Virus record (IMG/VR): IMGVR_UViG_3300032321_000307
Span: 1-41,167 of that record
DNA length: 41,167 bases
Strand: one strand, 5' to 3'
DNA from: a virus
Lineage: Duplodnaviria > Caudoviricetes
Shown here: positions 27,520 to 34,394 of the stretch, piece after piece
How positions within the stretch are numbered: the stretch's first letter is position 1
Layout of the letters: each line of letters begins with the position of its first letter
Translations under genes and position numbers: made by a program
The notes under the pieces: generated by a model
What the model saw: the letters and a program-made list of their open reading frames with translations, nothing else
Databases searched by the model: none
Told to the model about the DNA's origin: nothing

Positions 27520-27528
27520 GCTTTCCTC

Positions 27529-27732
27529 CTAGTGTATTGTGGGTTTAAAATTTAGATGATCTAAGAACGCTTGAGCGTTTGCCTTGGCCGTATCTACTTC
27601 TTGCTCGGTTAAACTTAGTGCAATGTTCTCAGCTAACTCTGTCATCTCATATACTCTATCTACATCTTCTTCCATAACACCCATGATGAGTGCTTTGGTT
27701 AACTTCTCTACATCTTCATTAACCTCTTCCAT
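27529..27732 (-). CDS. Hypothetical acidic protein
   Basis: Start at MEEVNED with AGGAGG RBS and TAATG coupling. Confidence 0.6.
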   Translation of the reverse strand: MEEVNEDVEKLTKALIMGVMEEDVDRVYEMTELAENIALSLTEQEVDTAKANAQAFLDHLNFKPTIH

Positions 27733-28004
27733 TATCTTCCTCCTAACCAAAAGCCGACAAGTAGTCCTACACCTACCCACACACTTGCCTCAATTAGATT
27801 GATTTGTTTTAAATTTACCCATGCTTCACCACCTAACAATCTTCGTGTTTCTTTCTCTTGTTTGGCTCGTTCTTTGTTAAAGCGAGTGAGTATGCCGTTG
27901 CGTCTTTTTTTTGCTAACTTTCTCATGCGTTGGTAGTCGTGTTCCAAGTCTTTTAAGTCAACCTTGTCTCTCATGTATATCTTTTGTTTCATCGGTTCTT
28001 CCAT
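27732..28004 (-). CDS. Hypothetical protein with C-terminal transmembrane anchor
   Basis: Basic N-terminus, 'VWVGVGLLVGFWLGG' tail; GGGAG RBS. Confidence 0.6.
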   Translation of the reverse strand: MEEPMKQKIYMRDKVDLKDLEHDYQRMRKLAKKRRNGILTRFNKERAKQEKETRRLLGGEAWVNLKQINLIEASVWVGVGLLVGFWLGGR

Positions 28005-28007
28005 GTT

Positions 28008-28169
28008 CTACTCCCTATATTTAGAATTAACTTCGGTATACATCTCGGCAATAGTTTCATCGTCAAAGGCCTCGTTATCAAACTTAGACTTCGGGTATCG
28101 ACTTACTAAATACTCGTCTACAAATTGTCTCATCTCGGTAATGCTTGGTGCTCTCATATCGATACTCAT
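28008..28169 (-). CDS. Small acidic early protein, 53 aa (not in the ORF track)
   Basis: MSIDMRAPSITEMRQFVDEYLVSRYPKSKFDNEAFDDETIAEMYTEVNSKYRE; AAGGAGG RBS. Confidence 0.65.
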   Translation of the reverse strand: MSIDMRAPSITEMRQFVDEYLVSRYPKSKFDNEAFDDETIAEMYTEVNSKYRE

Positions 28170-28178
28170 ACTGCCTCC

Positions 28179-28349
28179 TTAATCTTCAAATGTTGTTTTA
28201 TAATCTCGTTCAATTTCTTCATCGGGGTAGTTATTAAAACCTTTAAAGCCGTGTCTCCACACAAATTCAAACTCTTGTGAAGTCATGTTTTCTAATGCCC
28301 ATTCGGTTTCGTATTTAATAAGTGCCTCTCTCTTTTCATCGATACTCAT
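28179..28349 (-). CDS. Small acidic early protein, 56 aa (not in the ORF track)
   Basis: MSIDEKREALIKYETEWALENMTSQEFEFVWRHGFKGFNNYPDEEIERDYKTTFED; GGAGG RBS. Confidence 0.65.
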   Translation of the reverse strand: MSIDEKREALIKYETEWALENMTSQEFEFVWRHGFKGFNNYPDEEIERDYKTTFED

Positions 28350-28510
28350 TTATATATCCTCCCTATGCCGTTTAAAATACCCTCTACTTCTTTGGGTTCA
28401 AATACTTTCTTATCGAAAGCAAACTTTGTTTTCCTACCATTACCATGCTTCACATATCCACTTACCATAATCTCTTCAACTATTATTTCTTTCTTCTTCT
28501 CAGTAGTCAT
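28346..28510 (-). CDS. Small early protein, 54 aa (not in the ORF track)
   Basis: MTTEKKKEIIVEEIMVSGYVKHGNGRKTKFAFD...; overlaps both neighbours. Confidence 0.55.
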   Translation of the reverse strand: MTTEKKKEIIVEEIMVSGYVKHGNGRKTKFAFDKKVFEPKEVEGILNGIGRIYK

Positions 28511-28937
28511 AACTCTTATGTTCCTCTTCTCTTTCTTTGTTTAATAAGTATTGCTCGGTCTCACTCATAGGTGGGTCGTATACTTTACCTTGTGATTCTT
28601 CTTCTGTAAAGTCTTCATAATATCCTTCGATGTTTAGTATGCGACAGATGTCGTTATAAGTAGCAACCCCGCTACCTGACATGCGTTGACAATCCCAACC
28701 CAAGTCTAATACTAGGTTTGTTAGCTTTCTATCTAGTGCCTTGGCCTCGTCTTTCAATGTAGCTATCTCGTTTGTCGCGCTTTCATACAACTCTTTATAG
28801 TCCATCATGTTCTTTTCCTTTTCTTTCCAACACGCGTCACATAAAATATCAAACTCAATATCATTTACATCTCGCATTGAGCCATAGACATCTACCTTGC
28901 CACACCCATAACAAACATCTTTCATTTCGTCACTCAT
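28500..28937 (-). CDS. Hypothetical protein with N-terminal CxxC..CxxC zinc finger
   Basis: 'CYGC...CDAC'; ATGA coupling. Confidence 0.6.
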   Translation of the reverse strand: MSDEMKDVCYGCGKVDVYGSMRDVNDIEFDILCDACWKEKEKNMMDYKELYESATNEIATLKDEAKALDRKLTNLVLDLGWDCQRMSGSGVATYNDICRILNIEGYYEDFTEEESQGKVYDPPMSETEQYLLNKEREEEHKSYDY

Positions 28938-29188
28938 GTTGTCACCTTTCTATTTTTAATTCGTTCGTCCCACCATTCATCTTCTGCCTCCCATAAATCT
29001 GTATGGTAATCTCTAAACCAATTGTCAAAAGTAGTTCCGTCTTCTATAACATTGATGAGCATATCCCCATTACCAATAAAACAATTTTCTATTGCCCATG
29101 CACTAAACTCGTCCATAAAGTATTCTTGTGGGTCTGTCTTGCCTAACATATAACCTTTGTATTTTTGTTTTAGTTCTTCAGTCATCAT
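28934..29188 (-). CDS. Hypothetical acidic, Trp-rich protein
   Basis: AGGAG RBS; coupled to neighbours. Confidence 0.6.
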   Translation of the reverse strand: MMTEELKQKYKGYMLGKTDPQEYFMDEFSAWAIENCFIGNGDMLINVIEDGTTFDNWFRDYHTDLWEAEDEWWDERIKNRKVTT

Positions 29189-29345
29189 TTTTTATCTCCT
29201 TGTCTGATACTGCTCTCTTGGCTCTGAACCATGTTTGTGTTAAGGCGATACGCTTTGCCTCTAGTTCTGTGCGTGGTGTTTTCAAGTGGTCGTAGTTCCC
29301 ACTAAAGAAATTGTTTTTATAAATCTTCCTCCAATCAGCTATCAT
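29178..29345 (-). CDS. Small early protein, 55 aa (not in the ORF track)
   Basis: MIADWRKIYKNNFFSGNYDHLKTPRTELEAKR...; AGGAGG RBS, ATGA coupling. Confidence 0.55.
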   Translation of the reverse strand: MIADWRKIYKNNFFSGNYDHLKTPRTELEAKRIALTQTWFRAKRAVSDKEIKNDD

Positions 29346-29491
29346 CTGCTTTCCCTCCTAATGATTATGGCTTCTATCGCATCACGAAAATAAATATCAC
29401 CCATACCATAACTTGTATTATTTATCCTCCAATTAATTTCTTTTACTAATCCTATTAACTTTTCTGTCGACCAATACTTATACTTTTTCAT
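29342..29491 (-). CDS. Small early protein, 49 aa (not in the ORF track)
   Basis: MKKYKYWSTEKLIGLVKEINWRINNTSYGMGDIYFRDAIEAIIIRRESR; GAGGAGG RBS. Confidence 0.55.
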   Translation of the reverse strand: MKKYKYWSTEKLIGLVKEINWRINNTSYGMGDIYFRDAIEAIIIRRESR

Positions 29492-29639
29492 TTTTTTCCT
29501 CCTCTGCTCGTTCTTCTTCTATCCCTGTTAAGTAGTCATCTACATATTCTGCTAGGTGTTCGGGAAAATCTACCTCTTCAGTCTTTCCATCTTCCCATTC
29601 AATATCCATTACTAATTTCCATGATGTTATTCTTTTCAT
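29478..29639 (-). CDS. Small acidic early protein, 53 aa (not in the ORF track)
   Basis: MKRITSWKLVMDIEWEDGKTEEVDFPEHLAEYVDDYLTGIEEERAEEEKNEKV; ATGA coupling. Confidence 0.65.
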   Translation of the reverse strand: MKRITSWKLVMDIEWEDGKTEEVDFPEHLAEYVDDYLTGIEEERAEEEKNEKV

Positions 29640-29803
29640 TTATTTATCTCCATATTTTTATAGCAATTAATCCATCTTGCCTGTGCTTCATTTGCAATTT
29701 GTAGCATGAGTATCAGATACTTAAACCCTTCAACTCCCTCAATCTCATCTGCCTCTTGCATTGCCTCTAATACTTTATTAAAAATCTCATCTGACCTACT
29801 CAT
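29636..29803 (-). CDS. Hypothetical early protein
   Basis: Start at MSRSDEIF with GAGGAGG RBS. Confidence 0.6.
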   Translation of the reverse strand: MSRSDEIFNKVLEAMQEADEIEGVEGFKYLILMLQIANEAQARWINCYKNMEINK

Positions 29804-30017
29804 CATCGTCCTCCTCTGTTGATAATAATGCACTCATAATTTCATAGCCCAACTCGGTGAGCCTGTCTTTTATATTGTCTTCATTGTCCTCTAGCCATTC
29901 TTCGCATCGTGGCAAAGTCCAACTTGGTTTTAAATAGTGAACATCTTCTGCCCTCCATGTCACACTCGCATAGTTTTCGCCTACCCAAATCTTTTCACCC
30001 TCTTTTAATAAACTCAT
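29796..30017 (-). CDS. Hypothetical acidic early protein
   Basis: 'W..EDV...P.W....CE.WL.....I.DR..E.G.E'; AAGGAGG RBS. Confidence 0.65.
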   Translation of the reverse strand: MSLLKEGEKIWVGENYASVTWRAEDVHYLKPSWTLPRCEEWLEDNEDNIKDRLTELGYEIMSALLSTEEDDDE

Positions 30018-30271
30018 ACTACCTCCTTAAAGAATGCGTTGTTGTTAATTGCCTTGACAATCATTGGCTCGTTCTCTACAAGTTCTTCTGTGCTACCATA
30101 TTCAACTTCACTATCATCTATCTCATGGGTTATATACCATGCGTCATGCTCTTTCCAATACTGAATCCTTTTCGTTGACCTAAACCCACCATTTAAACGC
30201 ATGACAAACTCGTTGTATGGGTCTTCATTACAATGTTGCTTTAGTTCTTCTATGTTGTTAATCGCTATCAT
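30014..30271 (-). CDS. Hypothetical early protein
   Basis: 'LNGGFRSTKRI' motif; GAGGAGG RBS; coupled. Confidence 0.65.
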   Translation of the reverse strand: MIAINNIEELKQHCNEDPYNEFVMRLNGGFRSTKRIQYWKEHDAWYITHEIDDSEVEYGSTEELVENEPMIVKAINNNAFFKEVV

Positions 30272-30432
30272 TTTGTATCCTCCTCGTTATACTCTTTTCC
30301 GTTTAATAAATCTTCATAGCTTAAATCTTGTTCATACGCATTAAGACACGCACCACATAATTTATCTTCCATATGTTTACTTTTTTCTTTTATGTAGTCT
30401 GCGTTATATCCACACCAATTACATGCACTCAT
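30268..30432 (-). CDS. Small zinc-finger protein, 54 aa (not in the ORF track)
   Basis: MSACNWCGY...LCGACLNAYEQ...; ATGA coupling on both sides. Confidence 0.6.
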   Translation of the reverse strand: MSACNWCGYNADYIKEKSKHMEDKLCGACLNAYEQDLSYEDLLNGKEYNEEDTK

Positions 30433-30647
30433 ACACCCTCCTCGTAAGTATCAATTTCAACATCGTCATATCCGTCCTCTAGGTATTCGTTCTTGATTGC
30501 GACTGCGTGTTGATAGGTTAGGTGTGTATGTTCCTCGCAACCCCCGACCCATACCGAGTAATTACCTAGTGGCAATACTTTATGATTGTCTTTGTGTTCG
30601 GTGTATATCTCTCGTGTGACTCGGTCTATTTCGTTAAATAAGTTCAT
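30429..30647 (-). CDS. Hypothetical early protein
   Basis: 'YSVWVGG.E...A......Y...GYDDV.I' motif; GGAGG RBS. Confidence 0.65.
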   Translation of the reverse strand: MNLFNEIDRVTREIYTEHKDNHKVLPLGNYSVWVGGCEEHTHLTYQHAVAIKNEYLEDGYDDVEIDTYEEGV

Positions 30648-30808
30648 AGTGCCTCCTCAAAAAAAAGTTCATACTGCTCTTTTACTTCTTCGTCTGACAT
30701 CTCGTCATAACCTATGATGCCCCCTACAAATACATCAGCAAGTTCACGAAGATCAAAATTATCAACCCTATATTCTACTAACTTTTCAATCATATCTTCC
30801 CTATTCAT
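30644..30808 (-). CDS. Small acidic early protein, 54 aa (not in the ORF track)
   Basis: MNREDMIEKLVEYRVDNFDLRELADVFVGGIIGYDEMSDEEVKEQYELFFEEAL; ATGA coupling on both sides. Confidence 0.65.
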   Translation of the reverse strand: MNREDMIEKLVEYRVDNFDLRELADVFVGGIIGYDEMSDEEVKEQYELFFEEAL

Positions 30809-31008
30809 ATTGCCTCCACTTGAATTAAACTTGATTTAACTTTTAAAAAGTCTTGGTATGAGATCATGACTTCTTGGCGACCTTTTCTTAATATGTCGTA
30901 GTCTTCCCATATTTCAGACGCTTTAAACCCTTGCATTAAGTAATATGCTCTTGCTTCTGCCATACAAGCCCATGACTTGATATGAATTTGTTTATAAGGT
31001 GATTTCAT
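30805..31008 (-). CDS. Hypothetical early protein
   Basis: GGAGG RBS; ATGA coupling. Confidence 0.6.
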   Translation of the reverse strand: MKSPYKQIHIKSWACMAEARAYYLMQGFKASEIWEDYDILRKGRQEVMISYQDFLKVKSSLIQVEAI

Positions 31009-31124
31009 ACTGCCTCCTCTTCATCTATTAAAAACCTTACCCACCTAGCACCTTCGAAAATCTCTACAACCTCGTAGTCTAGGTCTGCCTTGTCTAATGC
31101 TTTATATAGTTCTTGCGGTGTCAT
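31005..31124 (-). CDS. Small acidic early protein, 39 aa (not in the ORF track)
   Basis: MTPQELYKALDKADLDYEVVEIFEGARWVRFLIDEEEAV; AAGGAGG RBS; ATGA coupling. Confidence 0.6.
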   Translation of the reverse strand: MTPQELYKALDKADLDYEVVEIFEGARWVRFLIDEEEAV

Positions 31125-31282
31125 ACTCGTGCCTCCTTGATTTTGTCATTTAGTTTCACAATCTTTTTAAAGATGCGATTGATGTTTGCACATTCGGGTA
31201 GTTCTTGGGGTATGTTGGTTTCGCAATAGTCCACCAATGTCCAATATAAAAAGTCTAGTTCTTTTTCAGATAAGGTTTTCAT
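31121..31282 (-). CDS. Small early protein, 53 aa (not in the ORF track)
   Basis: MKTLSEKELDFLYWTLVDYCETNIPQELPECANINRIFKKIVKLNDKIKEARV; coupled on both sides. Confidence 0.6.
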   Translation of the reverse strand: MKTLSEKELDFLYWTLVDYCETNIPQELPECANINRIFKKIVKLNDKIKEARV

Positions 31283-31449
31283 ACTGCCTCCATTTGTTTT
31301 TGAAGTTCTACTTCGTTTCTGTATGTTTCTACCTCGTTTATATATTGTTGTATGTCGGTTGCTATAAAGTTAGGCAAGTCTGCCACGTTTAACTCTTCTG
31401 TTATGCCATCACTTCGTTCCATCACTACATACCATTTTTTTACTTTCAT
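31279..31449 (-). CDS. First gene of the small-ORF operon, 56 aa
   Basis: Start at MKVKKW with GGAGG RBS, downstream of the promoter at 31502-31530. Confidence 0.65.
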   Translation of the reverse strand: MKVKKWYVVMERSDGITEELNVADLPNFIATDIQQYINEVETYRNEVELQKQMEAV

Positions 31450-31501
31450 CTTGTGCCTCCGTTTAAGTTTGATATATCGCTTTGTGTTTCGCGATGTGTT
31501 T

Positions 31502-31547
31502 ACTATCCTCTTCTTTTTAAAGTATGTCAACTATTATTTTACTAATT
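31502..31547 (-). promoter_or_regulatory. Putative sigma70 early promoter with AT-rich UP element
   Basis: TTGACA (31530-31525)-N17-GATAGT; upstream AATTAGTAAAATAA is also found before the ardC promoter. Confidence 0.55.
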
Positions 31548-31632
31548 ATATTTTAGTAGGGTTTTCTTGGCGACCTCGTAATTGATTCGGTTCGGTCTCG
31601 GTCTGTCGCCGTTTTTTGTGGTTTTGCCTATT

Positions 31633-32070
31633 TGTTGCCACTCATTTCTGTGTTTTGCGTGGTTTTTCGTTGTAAGTCCTTGATTATATTCATGTTGCCA
31701 TTGTTGCCACTTGGTCACTTTACAAATGGCTACGAAATACTAGGTTTTGAGAAAAGGGAAATGCTTGTAAGTGCTTGTTTTATATATATATAATATATTA
31801 TATTATTATTATTAATGCTTATTTTTTGTGCATGTTGCCATGTTGCCACTAAAAAAAGAGTATGAATGGGTTGTAAAATGCACTTGCTCGGTGTGACGAA
31901 TCCCTACCAAGTTTTCCAAGTTTTACCCCCCATGTCCTGTTTTTTTAGTGGCAACATGGCAACAAATCAATAAAATCAAGCACTTACGCAAAAAAAGTGG
32001 CAACAAACCAAGTTTTACATGGCAACAACCTAGTAAAATCAAGCACTTACATTGTCACCTTGTGGCAACA
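31633..32070. other. Probable replication origin: 5+5 oppositely oriented TGTTGCCA iterons, 4 IHF-like sites, AT-rich tract, 25-bp inverted repeat
   Basis: TGTTGCCA at 31633, 31693, 31702, 31833, 31841; TGGCAACA at 31949, 31957, 31998, 32020, 32063; WATCAA-N4-TTR matches at 31673(-), 31768(-, 1 mismatch), 31974, 32037; pure A/T at ~31778-31816. Confidence 0.75.
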
Positions 32071-32103
32071 TCTAGAATAACTCGGTTGGACTTGGTGAAA
32101 CCC

Positions 32104-32135
32104 AAATGAGCGCATGGCAATGATACCTGTTCCCT
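32104..32135. repeat. 32-bp intergenic bipartite motif, copy 2 of 4
   Basis: AAATGAGCG-CATGG-CAA-TGATACCTGTTCCCT. Confidence 0.9.
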
Positions 32136-32200
32136 ACCCCTCGCCGGTCGATCCCCCCTAAATTGAATACCTGACTAATTTTGTCAACTACTAAAAATAC

Positions 32201-32223
32201 AAAAAGCCCTCCGAAGAGGGCTT
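32201..32223 (-). terminator. Intrinsic terminator after GP88
   Basis: - strand AAGCCCUC-UUCG-GAGGGCUU-UUUG. Confidence 0.8.
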
Positions 32224-32246
32224 GGCTAGGTGTTACCGGATAGGGC

Positions 32247-32906
32247 TTAGTGGGCTTTGTAACTAACATTGGTTACTGTATTATCCCAGCATGCTCGGCA
32301 TGAACCGCATTTACCGCCTTGACTAGGTGCTACGCATTTAAACCCTGTTAACTCGGTTTGATCGTGTACCGTAGAGGTTAAGATATTGGCATAGCCCTTC
32401 AAGCTTAGCGGTAACTTAGCGGGGGCGTCGATCATCATGGCCGAAAGTCGTATAACTAAGTTAACCGGAACTGACTCGGTTTTAAGATAGTCTTTTACAA
32501 TGTCATACTCGCGCGTGGGTAGCCAAAATGTGGTATTTACTAGGTGGCGCGCAATGGTAGCTATTTTTGCTAGGTGGTCAACGCTTTGAAGGTCACCTGA
32601 ATCATGCCAACGAAAAAAGGGCTTATTACCTATCAACTTGATCATGGACTCAACCCATAACGGGCTTGTGATAGATTCAAGGCGTTTATACTGAGCCGGT
32701 TGTATAGTCTTAGCATACCTTTTATAATTACCTTTTAACGCGTAGCAACCTTCGCATACTGAACCCTTCACGTTAACTAGCTTTGATCCTGTAATGCATG
32801 CTTGAGCCGGTAATGAATAGCTATCGGAAGGCATTTTCTTAGTTTTTGTAACTGAGCCCGCTAACTCTTGAGCTTGTTTTCTAGTGTAAATTTGAATTGT
32901 TTGCAT
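32247..32906 (-). CDS. GP88-family Cys-rich protein
   Basis: 'KMP..SYSLPA.AC.TGSKL...SVC.GCYA.KG.Y', 'FRWHDSGD', 'WLPTRE', 'NL.IRLS', 'C.A..Q.G.C.SCRACW'. Confidence 0.8.
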   Translation of the reverse strand: MQTIQIYTRKQAQELAGSVTKTKKMPSDSYSLPAQACITGSKLVNVKGSVCEGCYALKGNYKRYAKTIQPAQYKRLESITSPLWVESMIKLIGNKPFFRWHDSGDLQSVDHLAKIATIARHLVNTTFWLPTREYDIVKDYLKTESVPVNLVIRLSAMMIDAPAKLPLSLKGYANILTSTVHDQTELTGFKCVAPSQGGKCGSCRACWDNTVTNVSYKAH

Positions 32907-32935
32907 ATAGCATCCTTTTTATTATAAGAGTTTTA

Positions 32936-32964
32936 ATCATACCTTAATTAATTGAGTTTGTAAA
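32936..32964 (-). promoter_or_regulatory. sigma70 promoter for GP88
   Basis: TTTACA-N17-TATGAT. Confidence 0.7.
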
Positions 32965-32982
32965 GTAACGGGATTGAAACCA

Positions 32983-33014
32983 AAATGAGCGAATGGCACT
33001 GATACCTGTTCCCT
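32983..33014. repeat. 32-bp intergenic bipartite motif, copy 3 of 4
   Basis: AAATGAGCG-AATGG-CAC-TGATACCTGTTCCCT. Confidence 0.9.
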
Positions 33015-33027
33015 CCCAAAGGAAGGC

Positions 33028-33843
33028 CTAGGCCTCCCTCGTTGTAAAATCTAGAACCTTCTGAGCTAATGCACCAGCTTTCAAAATATTCTTAGAATCG
33101 TTTTTTAATACTTCTAACCAGCTTGCAATGTAATTGGCATGTTGTAACTGGCCGTCAATTTTTAAATGCGCGCATAGCATGGCCGAACCTAATTCTGCAA
33201 CTAGCTCTTCAAAGGCATAAGCTTGGTTCCCGAATCGTTTACCGAATGAACGATTCAATCGTGACTCGTGACCAGTCCAGTGTGCTAACTCGTGCAAGGC
33301 CGTTGCATAATAATCTGCAGTAGATTTGAATTGATTCTTTTCTGGTAACTGAATTGCATCAATTGAGGGCGCATAGAATGCGCGACTGCCTCCGAATGAA
33401 ATCTTAGCTTTTTGATTATTGATAAAAGCCTCGCATGATTCAATGGTTTCAATCTCGGTGCGCTCTTCATTCGATGCTGGCAATTCAAGGCCTTCAATCT
33501 GATCTGCATTAAATACAGTATAAGTTTTTAGCATGGGTATTTTTTTAATCTCATCTGAAGCGCTGTCTTTTACTTCCAGCGGACTGAAATATACAACTTG
33601 AATACCCTTAGCACCTTTTTTAACTTGCGCATCTACACTCTGCGCTTGCTTATATGTGCACCAGTAATTAGTGCCAGCTGGCATCATAGATAACTGAATG
33701 AAATTAATGCCGTTGTAATAACGTTTAGCGACTGGGTTATATGGTGCATCGATGCCGTTGCTATGCCATGGTTTTACCCAAGGCGCAGTGCCAGCCTCTA
33801 ACTGTTTAATAATTGAATCAGTAATTGTTTGAGCTATACTCAT
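33028..33843 (-). CDS. ardC: ArdC-family antirestriction protein (ssDNA-binding domain plus zincin-like domain)
   Basis: 'ITD.II..LEAG..PW.KPW', 'Y.GIN', 'TYKQA..V.KG.KG', 'TVFNADQ', 'YYATALHELAHWTGH..RL.R', 'YAFEELVAELGSA'. Confidence 0.92.
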   Translation of the reverse strand: MSIAQTITDSIIKQLEAGTAPWVKPWHSNGIDAPYNPVAKRYYNGINFIQLSMMPAGTNYWCTYKQAQSVDAQVKKGAKGIQVVYFSPLEVKDSASDEIKKIPMLKTYTVFNADQIEGLELPASNEERTEIETIESCEAFINNQKAKISFGGSRAFYAPSIDAIQLPEKNQFKSTADYYATALHELAHWTGHESRLNRSFGKRFGNQAYAFEELVAELGSAMLCAHLKIDGQLQHANYIASWLEVLKNDSKNILKAGALAQKVLDFTTREA

Positions 33844-33883
33844 GATAAATACTCCCTGTTAATTAAATGAATGTTGCATGATT

Positions 33884-33929
33884 AAAATACTATACTTTAG
33901 ATTAAATGTAAAGCTTTATTTTACTAATT
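33884..33929 (-). promoter_or_regulatory. Putative sigma70 promoter for ardC with UP element
   Basis: AATTAGTAAAATAA-AGC-TTTACA-N17-TATTTT. Confidence 0.5.
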
Positions 33930-33946
33930 GAAGCGCGCCAAATACA

Positions 33947-33978
33947 AAATGAGCGCATGGCCTTGATACCTGTTCCCT
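33947..33978. repeat. 32-bp intergenic bipartite motif, copy 4 of 4
   Basis: AAATGAGCG-CATGG-CCT-TGATACCTGTTCCCT. Confidence 0.9.
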
Positions 33979-33983
33979 CCCCT

Positions 33984-34009
33984 AAAAAAGGGGGAGCTAA
34001 GCTCCCTCC
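33984..34009 (-). terminator. Putative intrinsic terminator overlapping the stop of the 33997-34227 gene
   Basis: - strand GGGAGC-UUA-GCUCCC-CC-UUUUUU. Confidence 0.55.
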
Positions 34010-34227
34010 TTGTTGAATTGGTCCGCCAAGTCCGAACCTGATATATTCTTGATCCAGCCCCAGCCACTCCAAGTATTTGGAGCCACGCGGTGCTTCTCAA
34101 GTGATACCATGTTTTCTCCCCAGCTTATCTCGAACTGGACGTGGCCTCGACTGAGGCCCCTTTTAATTGCTTGGATGACTTGGTTCTTACTTGGTTTACG
34201 TCCATCAAAATAATGATCGTAGATCAT
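33997..34227 (-). CDS. Hypothetical early protein
   Basis: AAGGAG RBS; ATGA coupling; 'WGEN...W.G.GWIK.I.G' motif. Confidence 0.65.
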   Translation of the reverse strand: MIYDHYFDGRKPSKNQVIQAIKRGLSRGHVQFEISWGENMVSLEKHRVAPNTWSGWGWIKNISGSDLADQFNKEGA

Positions 34228-34394
34228 GATTGTTTCTCCTTCAGTTGGTTAAGATAAAACTGAGTGATCCTAGCTGGAAGCACGTGTTCTTTTTGACATG
34301 CATCACAGCATTTACCACCGTCCGCGACAGGCCACGGATTGTGGCCCCAGTCGTTATCGCTCATTTCTAATTCACATATCACGCATTGTTTCAT
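34224..34394 (-). CDS. Small Cys-rich zinc-binding protein, 56 aa (not in the ORF track)
   Basis: MKQCVICELEMSDNDWGHNPWPVADGGKCCDACQKEHVLPARI...; the CxxC..GHNPxP..CCDxC..V.PAR pattern is seen in small phage proteins; ATGA coupling on both sides. Confidence 0.7.
   Translation of the reverse strand: MKQCVICELEMSDNDWGHNPWPVADGGKCCDACQKEHVLPARITQFYLNQLKEKQS

Noticed and set aside
31633-32070. Inverted repeats as transposon or MITE ends
   Set aside because: No transposase or target-site duplication; the multiple iterons, IHF sites and AT tract fit an origin better.
32072-32269. 65-aa ORF downstream of GP88, and the similar ORF at 34981-35220
   Set aside because: They run through a terminator, the repeat motif or low-complexity tracts and lack an RBS.
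26534-33978. 32-bp repeats as a CRISPR array (a Cas4-like nuclease is present)
   Set aside because: Copies are 0.9-5.6 kb apart and separated by whole genes. The nuclease is an ordinary phage PD-(D/E)XK exonuclease and no other cas genes are present.
34358-34366. AAATGAGCG half-motif on the - strand
   Set aside because: It lies inside a coding sequence, is in the opposite orientation and lacks the second block; probably chance.
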